From IMG/VR virus record IMGVR_UViG_3300015184_000033: 45,562 nt of DNA; one strand, written 5' to 3'. This document shows positions 37,254 through 45,552 of this stretch, one piece after another. Position numbers and translations under genes: made by a program. This DNA comes from a virus. Taxonomy: Duplodnaviria > Heunggongvirae > Uroviricota > Caudoviricetes. The notes beneath the pieces are model-generated. The model was given only the letters and a program-made list of their open reading frames with translations, ran no database searches and was not told the DNA's origin. Within the stretch, counting starts at the first letter, position 1, and the number at the start of each line of letters is the position of its first letter.

Positions 37254-37376
37254 CTACTTGCTGCTAATGTTTATCGTCACATTCAGAGCGTTATCAGTAA
37301 TCTTCCAACCCTCCCCATGTGGCGTAAACAAAGCTCCAGTAACAACGATAAAAATACACATACAGTATTTTTTCAT
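37254..37376 (-). CDS. Small hydrophobic peptide (40 aa), candidate type-I toxin
   Basis: MKKYCMCIFIVVTGALFTPHGEGW...; SD-like AAGGG 5 nt upstream of ATG 37376; terminator immediately downstream. Confidence 0.35.
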   Translation of the reverse strand: MKKYCMCIFIVVTGALFTPHGEGWKITDNALNVTINISSK

Positions 37377-37440
37377 TGTGTGGCCCTTACAGGCCGTTTC
37401 ACGGCATCCCCACCGACGAAAATGACGCGAGAGCAAGCAC

Positions 37441-37460
37441 GCTGTTTGTGCCTGCGTGGT
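37441..37460. repeat. 20-bp direct repeat, copy 1 (GCTGTTTGTGCCTGCGTGGT)
   Basis: Matches 37691-37710 at 19 of 20 positions; lies 65 nt upstream of the small peptide ATG. Confidence 0.85.
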
Positions 37461-37690
37461 ACGGCAAGTGGATAATCCTTTCCTGAAAGTCAGTGCCCGG
37501 GTGCGAATCGGCGGAAAGGCCCCAAGCCATATTACACGTCATACCCTTCATAATGAAGGAATAAAAAACGCTTTTATTACATAAGATTACACGTAAATAA
37601 GTTAAAAACCTTCATTTTGCATGAGCTAATGAGCTAAATTTTTTTATATGAATAGTGGACTATTCACCTCAGTTGGGTAAGAATGTAGTT

Positions 37691-37710
37691 GCTGTTTGTG
37701 CTTGCGTGGT
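37691..37710. repeat. 20-bp direct repeat, copy 2 (GCTGTTTGTGCTTGCGTGGT)
   Basis: See copy 1; lies about 60 nt upstream of a plus-strand terminator. Confidence 0.85.
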
Positions 37711-37768
37711 TGTATTAGTACAACGACGTTATGCTGAAAGGACCGCGAATCCGATCAGCACGAAAGAA

Positions 37769-37793
37769 CCGTCCTCAAAAGGACGGTTTTTTT
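37769..37793 (+). terminator. Intrinsic terminator (bidirectional hairpin)
   Basis: CCGTCCT-CAAAA-AGGACGG followed by TTTTTTT on plus strand; also overlaps the stop codon of the minus-strand HTH gene. Confidence 0.5.
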
Positions 37794-38347
37794 GTTTCTC
37801 CCCCTTCCTTCCCAAATGATTCAAATGTTAATGAGAGAGAATCATTTGATATGTTCGATTTAGCGCCGTTATCGACCCAATTTCTGTATGCTTCATCACA
37901 ACAGTACCTTACAGCAGTTGGAATAACAGGAGAGCCGCCCAGAAATGAAAATCCCATTGAGCTTATGCTAATTCTTTCGAATGGCCTATTTCTCAATGCT
38001 TCAAATCCCTTGCTGTTGAAGTAACTCAGCATCAGAGGTAAAAGGTTATCCTCATCTTGACTGATTGTTCCCGGGAAAAAGTAGTAACCATGGCGATTAA
38101 ATTCGGGAATCAGTTTTTCTACCAACAACATGAAATTCATTGGGGTAATATTAAGGGCAGAGCAAGCACCAAAAAGAGCATCAACCGTTAATACAGACTG
38201 TCCGTTCTCTATCTTTGTCCATGCGTTTGGTGTTTTTCCAGCAGCTTGAGCCAGCACTCCTTGATGCACACCTCTTTCTAGCCTAAGTTCTTTTATGATC
38301 ATTAGGTGGATTGTTGAAAAACATGAGTTTTTTGACGTTTCAGTCAT
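37775..38347 (-). CDS. XRE-family HTH regulator (second repressor-like protein)
   Basis: Start placed at ATG 38347 (GGGGA upstream); HTH segment IKELRLERGVHQGVLAQAAGKTPNAWTKIENGQ. Confidence 0.55.
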   Translation of the reverse strand: MTETSKNSCFSTIHLMIIKELRLERGVHQGVLAQAAGKTPNAWTKIENGQSVLTVDALFGACSALNITPMNFMLLVEKLIPEFNRHGYYFFPGTISQDEDNLLPLMLSYFNSKGFEALRNRPFERISISSMGFSFLGGSPVIPTAVRYCCDEAYRNWVDNGAKSNISNDSLSLTFESFGKEGGETKKPSF

Positions 38348-38485
38348 TTTTTTATCCCCATATTGAATTTTTTCCTTGTTCCCAACTTTAACAAAACACC
38401 ACAACCCAGGATTGAGTCATTCCTTACAGGAACTATACATTCCCGTCTTTGGTATATCAAGAAAATTAAAAGCTCGGCATTCAAA

Positions 38486-38500
38486 CCCACACTATGTGGT
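38486..38500. promoter_or_regulatory. Operator-like dyad CCCACACTATGTGGT between HTH gene and antirepressor operon
   Basis: Matches ACCAC-N5-GTGGT family at 9 of 10 half-site positions. Confidence 0.45.
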
Positions 38501-38612
38501 TTAGTCTGTTAAAATCCGCCGTATTGACATGAATGCGCCATTGGTGGACACTTTCCGAGCCGTAGCAAAATCTACGGTCGGGATTGGAACCCCGATAATC
38601 ATCATGGCGCAT

Positions 38613-38635
38613 ACCGCGTTAGCGGTTTTTTTATG
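38613..38635 (+). terminator. Attenuator-like hairpin with T-run in the antirepressor leader
   Basis: ACCGC-GTTA-GCGGT followed by TTTTTTTAT; outer arms GCGCATA/TATGCG allow an alternative pairing. Confidence 0.4.
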
Positions 38636-38797
38636 CGTAAAGCACTGCTACACCCAAATTATGGTGGGGCGTGCGGGGGAGTCGTTAGACTCGCCGGATT
38701 CCATGGTGACCGGTAGTTCCAACCCTGTACGTCTCACCACCCAATGATTGGAACCAGACGGTGGTGAGTATCCTTAACCTTTAAGGGAACTATCACC

Positions 38798-38989
38798 ATG
38801 ACAAACTTACCCCATGACTATTACGTCAACCTCGTAAAGATCCTTCTCAAGAAAGCCTCATACGCCGATAAATTACGCCTGGCTGAAATCATCGAGCGCG
38901 AAGCTATGCGCATCGCCAGCAACGATAACGCTGTTTCTGACGCAAAAATCTCCCTCGTAACCAAAGTAGTTATGGGAGGTGCAAAATGA
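38798..38989 (+). CDS. Small protein preceding antirepressor (Icd-like position)
   Basis: 63-aa ORF with SD AAGGGAA; stop overlaps the antirepressor ATG (ATGA). Confidence 0.45.
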   Translation: MTNLPHDYYVNLVKILLKKASYADKLRLAEIIEREAMRIASNDNAVSDAKISLVTKVVMGGAK

Positions 38990-40155
38990 AAACGCTTCCG
39001 ACCGTTAACACCCTACAGCCTATCCTGCATAACCAGATCCCCGTTATCACTACTGAACTTTTGGCGCAGTTTTACGGCACCGAGATCAACAATATCAAAG
39101 TCAATTACACCCGTAATGCTGAAAGGTTTGTTGAGGGAAAACACTTTTTCAAAGTTGGTGGCGATGCCCTGAAAAATTTGCGGGTTACTTTAAGTAACTC
39201 ACAAAATTTGCAACCATCTTTAAGAGGGTTACAAATTTCCCCGAAAGCCCGCTCCCTCATTCTCTGGACAGAACGCGGGGCTGCACGTCACGCTAAAATG
39301 CTCGAAACCGATCAGGCGTGGGATGTATTCGAACGGCTGGAAGACTGCTATTTCAACCAGAACGCGCAAACGGCCGCGACCGTAACCGTCTCGCCAAACA
39401 ATGCTCGTGAGGTTGTCGATACGCTCAACGCCAAACCGATGTTTTACATTAAGGTGTGCAATAACGAGCCACTCACAACCTCAGCCGATGTTGCCCAGGC
39501 ATTCAGCACCACAAACAATTCCATCGTTATGGCCATCGATGCGTTACGCATTCCTCGCACAGCTGCGGCGCGTCATTTCTTTAAAGAGCAACGACCGTTG
39601 GAAGGAAGCGACCGCGAAATAACAATCTATCGCATGACAAAAGACGGATTTACCTTGCTCATGGAAAGTATCGACGGTCCAGGCGTGAAGGATATCAAGC
39701 TGGCCTACATTGAAGCCTTTAACGCTATCAGCAGCGTGTTAAAAACACAGTACGAGCGCGATCTGGCTAAACGACTGTACCAGGAAAAAACGATTATCCG
39801 CGCGGCAACAGAGCATAATCGGCTATTAACGGAACCGAACTACAGGAAGGAACTAATCAAGGAGTTTGACAAGGCAACAGGGAAAACCAAAGCGGCGCTA
39901 AATCTGCCAGCAATGACTCAGGAAAATGTGATATCAGCCTTACTTCTTGATCTGCTCAGAAACGCCAGAGCACTGATCAGCTTTGACGAAAACCTGAATC
40001 CTCAGCTCAAGCTACTACCACCGACAGGCAAAGTAGTCGACCAGGCAGATCACAACAGCATACTCAGCGTACTGGATGCAAACCTGCCAGCCAGGACACT
40101 ACAGGAGCTGATAAAAACATGTGCTGATAAGCTCGCACAGAAAAGCAGACCATAA
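38986..40155 (+). CDS. Antirepressor (AntA-like N-terminal domain)
   Basis: 389-aa ORF; N-terminus HNQIPVITTELLAQFYGTEINNIKVNYTRNAERFVEGKHFFKV matches the phage antirepressor N-terminal signature. Confidence 0.8.
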   Translation: MKTLPTVNTLQPILHNQIPVITTELLAQFYGTEINNIKVNYTRNAERFVEGKHFFKVGGDALKNLRVTLSNSQNLQPSLRGLQISPKARSLILWTERGAARHAKMLETDQAWDVFERLEDCYFNQNAQTAATVTVSPNNAREVVDTLNAKPMFYIKVCNNEPLTTSADVAQAFSTTNNSIVMAIDALRIPRTAAARHFFKEQRPLEGSDREITIYRMTKDGFTLLMESIDGPGVKDIKLAYIEAFNAISSVLKTQYERDLAKRLYQEKTIIRAATEHNRLLTEPNYRKELIKEFDKATGKTKAALNLPAMTQENVISALLLDLLRNARALISFDENLNPQLKLLPPTGKVVDQADHNSILSVLDANLPARTLQELIKTCADKLAQKSRP

Positions 40156-40687
40156 CAACAAAGGGGCTACGGCCCCTTTAAGACACACCCCCCCTCCCCC
40201 CATACAGGGTGCCCTTTACCGGAGTTCCGGCCCCTTCTCAAAAGCATCAAAAAAAGCTCGAGATAGAGTACCGGAACTCATGCCACCAGATAGCTCCACA
40301 TCGTTTCCAATGCTTCGCCGCCGTGTGCGCCCTGTGGCCCACAATCATGCCATTGGTCGTCTGATATACCTTCTTCTGCTCATAGAGCACAGGCGAGTTG
40401 TCGCACTCCTGCCTTTCTCAGACTCGACTTAGTTTAGATCGCTGTTCCTGGCTTGCGTCAGCACACTTTCCCCTTGTACGCATACCCGCGCGCCACTTCG
40501 CCCAAAAACACCGAACCCAACGAAGTGGCAAAGACAACGACGCGAGCGTGAGTCTGAAATGGGCACCAGTAAAAAAGGGGTTGCAGGCGCAAAAAGATTT
40601 GATTATCTTTAGACGCAAGAAAGCCGCCCCAATCAAGAGGTGTCTTTTTAAATCCAGCCTACCAAGCAAGATTTAAATTTCAGACTG

Positions 40688-40714
40688 AAAACCGCCCGGC
40701 AAGGCGGTTTTTGT
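40688..40714 (+). terminator. Intrinsic terminator
   Basis: AAAACCGCC-CGGCAA-GGCGGTTTT followed by TGTCTTTCT on plus strand. Confidence 0.55.
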
Positions 40715-40760
40715 CTTTCTGGCGCTTACATTACACCACCATAAAACGATCCGTAAAGGA

Positions 40761-41066
40761 TCATTTGATCCCTTGTTCCAATTCTGCCGACACTTTAACC
40801 TTTTCCCATACAAGGGTTTGCAGCCTTAACAGAATCGCATCTTTATCAAGGTGTGAAAGATCCTTCACCATATCGTCAAACGACAGAACGCGAATGGCCA
40901 TCTCAATGACCCTCGGCGGCTCCCCCTTCTCATATCGCTTATATGTAGCCAACGATATCCCAAATTCTTCGGCGGCTCGCTCCTGCGTCCAGTTCATCCC
41001 ACGACGCCATAATTTCAATTCATAACCCGTCATAGCACCCTCCTCGCACAATATTAACACTCGCAA
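40761..41066 (-). CDS. XRE-family HTH protein
   Basis: HTH segment WTQERAAEEFGISLATYKRYEKGE; probable start at internal Met (MTGYELK). Confidence 0.5.
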   Translation of the reverse strand: MRVLILCEEGAMTGYELKLWRRGMNWTQERAAEEFGISLATYKRYEKGEPPRVIEMAIRVLSFDDMVKDLSHLDKDAILLRLQTLVWEKVKVSAELEQGIK

Positions 41067-41096
41067 AGTGTCAAAATGACACTTTGCGCATTGTGT

Positions 41097-41477
41097 TTAC
41101 TTAACGAGGAATAAAAATGGTTTATTGTTCGGCGGTGTAATCGGGGCTGGCTCGCTTTTGCTCATGCGATCAGTGTACCAGGCCAACTCCTTGTCAAAGT
41201 AAGCCTGATTAAAATAGGCCATGAATGTAGTTTCAAATCCATAACGACCGCTAATACGCAGCATCTGATTGCCGTTCTCTGTTTCCAGATATACCTGGGC
41301 ACGTTCCTGATTCTCCTTCAGCCAGGTTAAAGCCTCATCGCATGAGGACACACGATACTCATCATCGTAGCAGTCATCGATGCGGCTTGAGGAAGAACGG
41401 CAAATCACGCCAACAGAACCAGCCAGGATAGTTTGAATTTTAAGGAAAGCGTTTTTGCGGATTTTAATCATGCTCAT
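41097..41477 (-). CDS. Hypothetical protein, first gene after cassette copy 3
   Basis: 126-aa ORF; ATG preceded by conserved GGAGATAACCCG leader. Confidence 0.5.
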   Translation of the reverse strand: MSMIKIRKNAFLKIQTILAGSVGVICRSSSSRIDDCYDDEYRVSSCDEALTWLKENQERAQVYLETENGNQMLRISGRYGFETTFMAYFNQAYFDKELAWYTDRMSKSEPAPITPPNNKPFLFLVK

Positions 41478-41590
41478 CGGGTTATCTCCGGTTTAACCAG
41501 GGCGGGTATCGCTCGGTTTCGGGTATAACCTTAGGAAATTTTTTCCCACCTGTAAAGCACTTTTTATATAAATCTATAATTATATAAGCA
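41478..41590 (-). promoter_or_regulatory. Conserved promoter/leader cassette, copy 3
   Basis: Near-identical to copies at 25143-25256 and 32090-32215. Confidence 0.55.
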
Positions 41591-41591
41591 C

Positions 41592-41617
41592 AAAAAAGCC
41601 CCTTTGCAACAGGGGCT
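41592..41617 (-). terminator. Intrinsic terminator after the HigA-like gene
   Basis: Hairpin AGCCCCT-GTTGCAA-AGGGGCT on minus strand followed by TTTTTT. Confidence 0.55.
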
Positions 41618-41632
41618 TATCATTCGTTCTGA

Positions 41633-41932
41633 TCAGATGTTAAACGCTATTCGTTTTCCTGTGGGAAGCTCAACATCCAGGCTTAATTTGCCTCCCATAG
41701 CTTCAACGTAACGCTTTAATGTCGCCAGCTTTAAATCATTTCCGCGCTGCTCCAGCTTTGTTACTGCTGGCTGGCTTATACCCATCGCCTCAGCAACCTG
41801 TTTTTGTGATAACTGGAGTTCTTCACGCATCATCTGCAAGCCGACCTCAAGAATCATCTCATCTGCCATTTCTTTAATTCGCGCCTGGCTTTCCGGTGAA
41901 CGGCTGGCAATCGCCTCATCTAATGTTCTCAT
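41633..41932 (-). CDS. HigA-like HTH antitoxin
   Basis: 99-aa ORF with XRE-type HTH (LQLSQKQVAEAMGISQPAVTKLEQ); immediately downstream of toxin-like ORF. Confidence 0.65.
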   Translation of the reverse strand: MRTLDEAIASRSPESQARIKEMADEMILEVGLQMMREELQLSQKQVAEAMGISQPAVTKLEQRGNDLKLATLKRYVEAMGGKLSLDVELPTGKRIAFNI

Positions 41933-42279
41933 TACTTGCTCTCCAGTGTGTTCAGATGTGCTGCAAACTCATCCTCAGCTATACGCACCAGTTTTTCATA
42001 AAACCGCTTATCGTTACTTTTGTCTCCTGCACAAAGAACGATGGCCCGGCGAATCGGATCGAACGCATAAAAGGCTCTTATCGGACGGCCAGAAAACTGA
42101 ACGCGAAGCTCTTTCATATTTTTGTACCGAGAACCTTTTACGGTATCGGCATATGGCCTGGGTAACTCAGGTCCGTAAACCTGTAGCTTTTTCAAATCAG
42201 CCAAAACCTTTTCCTGAAGAGCGTCTTCTTGCTCATTTAGCCAGTCGTCAAATCGCTGGCTAAAAAGTACCGTCCACAT
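41932..42279 (-). CDS. HigB/RelE-superfamily toxin-like protein (Gp49-like)
   Basis: About 115 aa from ATG 42279 (AGGA upstream); motifs KELRVQFSGRPIRAFYAF and VLCAGDKSND typical of HigB-like killer proteins; toxin-first order. Confidence 0.6.
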   Translation of the reverse strand: MWTVLFSQRFDDWLNEQEDALQEKVLADLKKLQVYGPELPRPYADTVKGSRYKNMKELRVQFSGRPIRAFYAFDPIRRAIVLCAGDKSNDKRFYEKLVRIAEDEFAAHLNTLESK

Positions 42280-42523
42280 GCTCAATCCTATAACCTGTAG
42301 TTTATATCACTAACTATATAACCTGTGAGTTATAATTTCAAGAAAAACGGGGCTATTTAACATAATGGACGTTATCGGCACCACCGGATCACCGTTCATT
42401 GTCGGATCTAAAAAATCCGCTCAAAAGATCATGTTTTCCTGGGCGTTTTCCACCGTTTTTTATGTTGCTTATTTGTTAATGAAATCTCGTTTTCAGTTTC
42501 GCCTCATTTTCGACGCGAAAGCC

Positions 42524-42814
42524 CTATTTTTGTGACTTTACTCCTGGCATATGGACTTCCCAGCGACGAATCCCCATAGCTGCGCAAAAATCAGCCACAT
42601 AATTCAATCCCGCCCATTCGCGGATACCACCACGGGCTTTTTCAATGAAAACGGCAATCCCTTTTTTATTGAGAGCAAAAAGCCGCCAGCTTTTTGTCAC
42701 TTCGTCCTGGGTAGCCACAACACAAGTGAAAGCTCCCATGCGATACAGGTCCAAGAACTCTTTGCGTGTTTTGCGTACAAGTTCCATAACAAACCTCATA
42801 TTTGCATGTTTCAA
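42524..42814 (-). CDS. Hypothetical protein
   Basis: 96-aa ORF translationally coupled to upstream small gene. Confidence 0.4.
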   Translation of the reverse strand: MKHANMRFVMELVRKTRKEFLDLYRMGAFTCVVATQDEVTKSWRLFALNKKGIAVFIEKARGGIREWAGLNYVADFCAAMGIRRWEVHMPGVKSQK

Positions 42815-43110
42815 ACATCTGTTTTGTTATCAATGAAGATTAACCCTAACCCAGCGAAGTAACACAGCAGCGCCCAGGCTGCATACGGAATGCTGGATCT
42901 GGATGTGGACTCCTTTAACATCTGCCAGTTGCGAACATTGCGACTATCTTTTAAGCCTAGTTTTTTTGCCAACTGCGAGCCACTCATTCCGGTCAGGCCA
43001 ATGACTGCCCGAACTTCTCCACATGTAGGAGATTCCCATTCATCCGCTTTTTTTAAACAAGCCGGATTCAACATTTTTAAAACAGTATCTTTATCCATAA
43101 CCATCTCCAT
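42811..43110 (-). CDS. Hypothetical protein with HTH-like segment
   Basis: 99-aa ORF; segment GMSGSQLAKKLGLKDSRNVRNWQ. Confidence 0.4.
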   Translation of the reverse strand: MEMVMDKDTVLKMLNPACLKKADEWESPTCGEVRAVIGLTGMSGSQLAKKLGLKDSRNVRNWQMLKESTSRSSIPYAAWALLCYFAGLGLIFIDNKTDV

Positions 43111-43290
43111 TTATTATATCTACGATGGTAGGAAATCTTTTCCTATGTGGCAATAGAAATTTACTACATTGCGTATAAGACAAGTTTTCTATGTCTAATA
43201 GGAAATGATGTTTCTTACGTTTTATCGCGTTCTGATGGCTACTGTGTGCGTATTTATCGAAGTTTATCGATAAGGCTCGCCCCTTCCTCC

Positions 43291-43449
43291 TGCAAAGCCC
43301 GGCCGTAGGCCTTATTTCGGCCTTATATAAATTGATTTTGTATAGTTCGAAACGTGCCGTTTCGAAAAGGATGATCAGGCTGCTCCATGCCTCCGGCAAG
43401 TGCCGGAGGAGGTATATATTTGAGCGTAGCGACTCGAACCGGCGCGAGC
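43291..43449. repeat. Cluster of short palindromes/hairpins downstream of the origin region
   Basis: AGGCC-TTATTTC-GGCCT (43297-43313), TTCGAAACG-TG-CCGTTTCGAA (43336-43355), CCTCCGGCA-AG-TGCCGGAGG (43380-43399), GCGAGC-TTTA-GCTCGC (43434-43449). Confidence 0.6.
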
Positions 43450-43499
43450 TTTAGCTCGCTGCAAGGGCGAACATATTCACAGGCAAAGCCTGCGTAAGT

Positions 43500-43700
43500 T
43501 AAATAAAGAAAGTCTTAATAAAAGAAAGTGATTTTGCATTTATTTGTTTAGTGCATCTATTATAAAAAACCATTTGCATATACATATCAAAACTGTGGAT
43601 AACTTTATTAGCCGATGCCTGTGAAGGCGATATTTTTGCTGTGTTCAGGTTTAGAGAAAATTAATTTAGATTGTTTTTTGAACAGACATTTTATTGCGAC
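43500..43700. other. Candidate plasmid-type origin (oriR-like): AT-rich region with DnaA box downstream of repA
   Basis: Strongly AT-rich block; TGTGGATAA (complement of TTATCCACA) at 43584-43592; position matches IncFII oriR arrangement. Confidence 0.5.
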
Positions 43701-43743
43701 GTAGATAATCCTCCGGTAAAACCGGATTCATCATTAAGGTGGG

Positions 43744-44592
43744 TTAATGTTGGAGTGATTTCCAGGTCTTTCTTAACCTGTTATAACGCTGCTCAACGAG
43801 GGATCGTAAATATGCAAGGTCAGCTCCAGGATACATGCCATCAGCAAATTCCTGGCTAACCTCTCTAGTGATTTGATGACGAAGTTCGGCCTCTCCCTTT
43901 TCCCGAACAAGACGCGCAGCTCTCTCCGCTGCTTTCTGTTTTGCCTTTATCTCTCTGGCCGTCTTCCTCTGACGCCATACATTCTCCATCTGCTCCTGAA
44001 TAACAATACGCTTATAATCAGCCTCCGTTATCGCTTTTTTAAGCCGTTCGCTATTCTTCGCATTGAAGTAATTAAGTTTCTGGCTAACCGCACGTCTCCA
44101 TGCTTGTTCAGTAATACCAACGGTTTCCAGCAGTTGATCACGAATCTCTATTTTCGCTGGCCAATACTGTTTATTCACCCGATCCCAGCGACGTTCATAA
44201 TCAATAAAACCTAACTCTTTCAGTTGCGACAACGCCCTTGTACAGCGCGTTATAGACTTGTTCCCAGCTTCGGATACGGTAGACAGGCCGCAAAAATCAG
44301 CCAACGCCTCAGCACTGGCCAGAACCCGCTTAGAAATGATGTTTACATGGTGCAAAATCGCAGCAATCACAGCATTAATTGCCCGACGACGATGCTCGTT
44401 TATCCGGCGTTTCCGCTCTGACGGTTGATTAACGTAGAACGCAACCTCACACGTAAGATCACGACCATTAATGCGCTGTAAAGCATCAGATAACACCAGC
44501 GGCAGCTTGTGCGTATGGTGCTTTGGAGGCTGGAACTCCGGCGACAAATTACAAACGTAAGCTGAACGTAGAGACGGCATTGGTCTATCCAT
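43744..44592 (-). CDS. repA: Replication initiator RepA (IncFII RepA1 family)
   Basis: Block SITRCTRALSQLKELGFIDYE aligns with remembered R100 RepA1 SITRATRALTFLSELGLITYQ; start set at ATG 44592 because the tracked ORF starts at GTG 44736 and its first codons overlap an antisense-strand terminator hairpin. Confidence 0.75.
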   Translation of the reverse strand: MDRPMPSLRSAYVCNLSPEFQPPKHHTHKLPLVLSDALQRINGRDLTCEVAFYVNQPSERKRRINEHRRRAINAVIAAILHHVNIISKRVLASAEALADFCGLSTVSEAGNKSITRCTRALSQLKELGFIDYERRWDRVNKQYWPAKIEIRDQLLETVGITEQAWRRAVSQKLNYFNAKNSERLKKAITEADYKRIVIQEQMENVWRQRKTAREIKAKQKAAERAARLVREKGEAELRHQITREVSQEFADGMYPGADLAYLRSLVEQRYNRLRKTWKSLQH

Positions 44593-44690
44593 ATGTTCGC
44601 TCTTGCGTCCACGGAAAACCAACGTATAATGGGAGTTGTCGAGGCGCCCATGGTTAGTTGTTGGTTTTCCTTTCCGTGGATGTCGCAAGA

Positions 44691-44722
44691 AGCCCGCAGA
44701 TTTATCTGCGGGCTTTTTGTTT
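44691..44722 (+). terminator. Hairpin plus T-run antisense to the repA leader (candidate CopA-like antisense RNA terminator)
   Basis: GCCCGCAGA-TTTA-TCTGCGGGC followed by TTTTTGTTT on the plus strand. Confidence 0.45.
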
Positions 44723-44762
44723 CCATATCTGGTCACTTTTCAACCAGACACCCACAATCATA

Positions 44763-44777
44763 ACCACGTTACGTGGT
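44763..44777. promoter_or_regulatory. Operator-like dyad ACCACGTTACGTGGT upstream of the repA leader
   Basis: Perfect ACCAC-N5-GTGGT dyad, same family as immunity-region operators. Confidence 0.5.
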
Positions 44778-44907
44778 TTTAAGAGAACTCTACCACAACA
44801 CTTTCGGTCATGCACGAAGTCTCTCACTGATCGAACGATAATCCACCAGTAAAAGGATCTAAATTGGATCTCGTTTTGCGAGCATCATACTACTGGCCTA
44901 ACTCCAG

Positions 44908-45462
44908 TCAATGATTCCCAGCCGGAAACCTGCGGTAAAGCGTGGATAAGGTAACATCGAAGATAATCGCTATCCGCTTACGTGAAACACCATTCGCAAT
45001 AAGCCTTCCGATCTGTTCCCATTGCTCTGGTGCCAATTTTGAGCGGCGTCCTCCTATCCTGCCGTTAGCCCTTGCCACCGCCAATCCTGCACGCGTTCTT
45101 TCAATCATATTTTCCCGCTCCATCTCTGCGACTGCACTCAGCATCGTGTAGGCAAAGCGGCCAATTGAAGTGCTAATTTTTATCCCTTCCGTAATCGAAA
45201 TAAACTCAATGTTGTTTGATAAAAAATGGTTAAGTAAATCAACAAGATGAATCAGAGAACGCCCCATTCGGTCCAGCTTCCAGACAATAACCGTATCGCC
45301 CGGCCGTAACACCTTCAGTAGCTTATCAAGTCCTGGTCGTTTTGATTTAGCACCGGATATTTTATCTTCAAAAATCCGGTCACATCCTGAACTCCTGAGC
45401 GCCTCCAGTTGTAATTCCAAATTCTGGTCAAAAGTTGACACCCTCGCATAACCATATTGCAT
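44908..45462 (-). CDS. Serine recombinase, DNA invertase of the Hin/Gin/Cin/Pin family
   Basis: 184-aa ORF; MQYGYARVSTFDQNLELQ...GDTVIVWKLDRMGRS...RIAIIFDVTLSTLYRRFPAGNH parallels remembered Hin sequence including catalytic Ser region and C-terminal HTH. Confidence 0.9.
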   Translation of the reverse strand: MQYGYARVSTFDQNLELQLEALRSSGCDRIFEDKISGAKSKRPGLDKLLKVLRPGDTVIVWKLDRMGRSLIHLVDLLNHFLSNNIEFISITEGIKISTSIGRFAYTMLSAVAEMERENMIERTRAGLAVARANGRIGGRRSKLAPEQWEQIGRLIANGVSRKRIAIIFDVTLSTLYRRFPAGNH

Positions 45463-45526
45463 ACTTTCTAAACCGCGATTGTTGCTAAAAGCGGGAAAAA
45501 ATATCGTTCAGACGACACAGAGGCAA

Positions 45527-45552
45527 TTCGCAAAAACCTCGGTTTACAGGAA
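45527..45552. other. gix/hix-like invertase crossover site (right), TTCGCAAAAACCTCGGTTTACAGGAA
   Basis: Inverted relative to site at 11-36; close to remembered gix (TTATCCAAAACCTCGGTTTACAGGAA); 65 bp from invertase gene start. Confidence 0.6.

Noticed and set aside
40121-40676. Plus-strand ORFs 40121-40432 and 40398-40676 downstream of ant
   Set aside because: The first begins inside the ant 3' end; both are Arg/Ser/Pro-rich without RBS; the region looks non-coding
43091-43399. 102-aa minus-strand ORF across the palindrome cluster
   Set aside because: It coincides with a palindrome-rich probable non-coding region; low-complexity basic translation
43744-44736. Full 330-aa RepA ORF starting at GTG 44736
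   Set aside because: The first 48 codons overlap an antisense terminator hairpin and have no counterpart in IncFII RepA1; the internal ATG at 44592 gives the expected length
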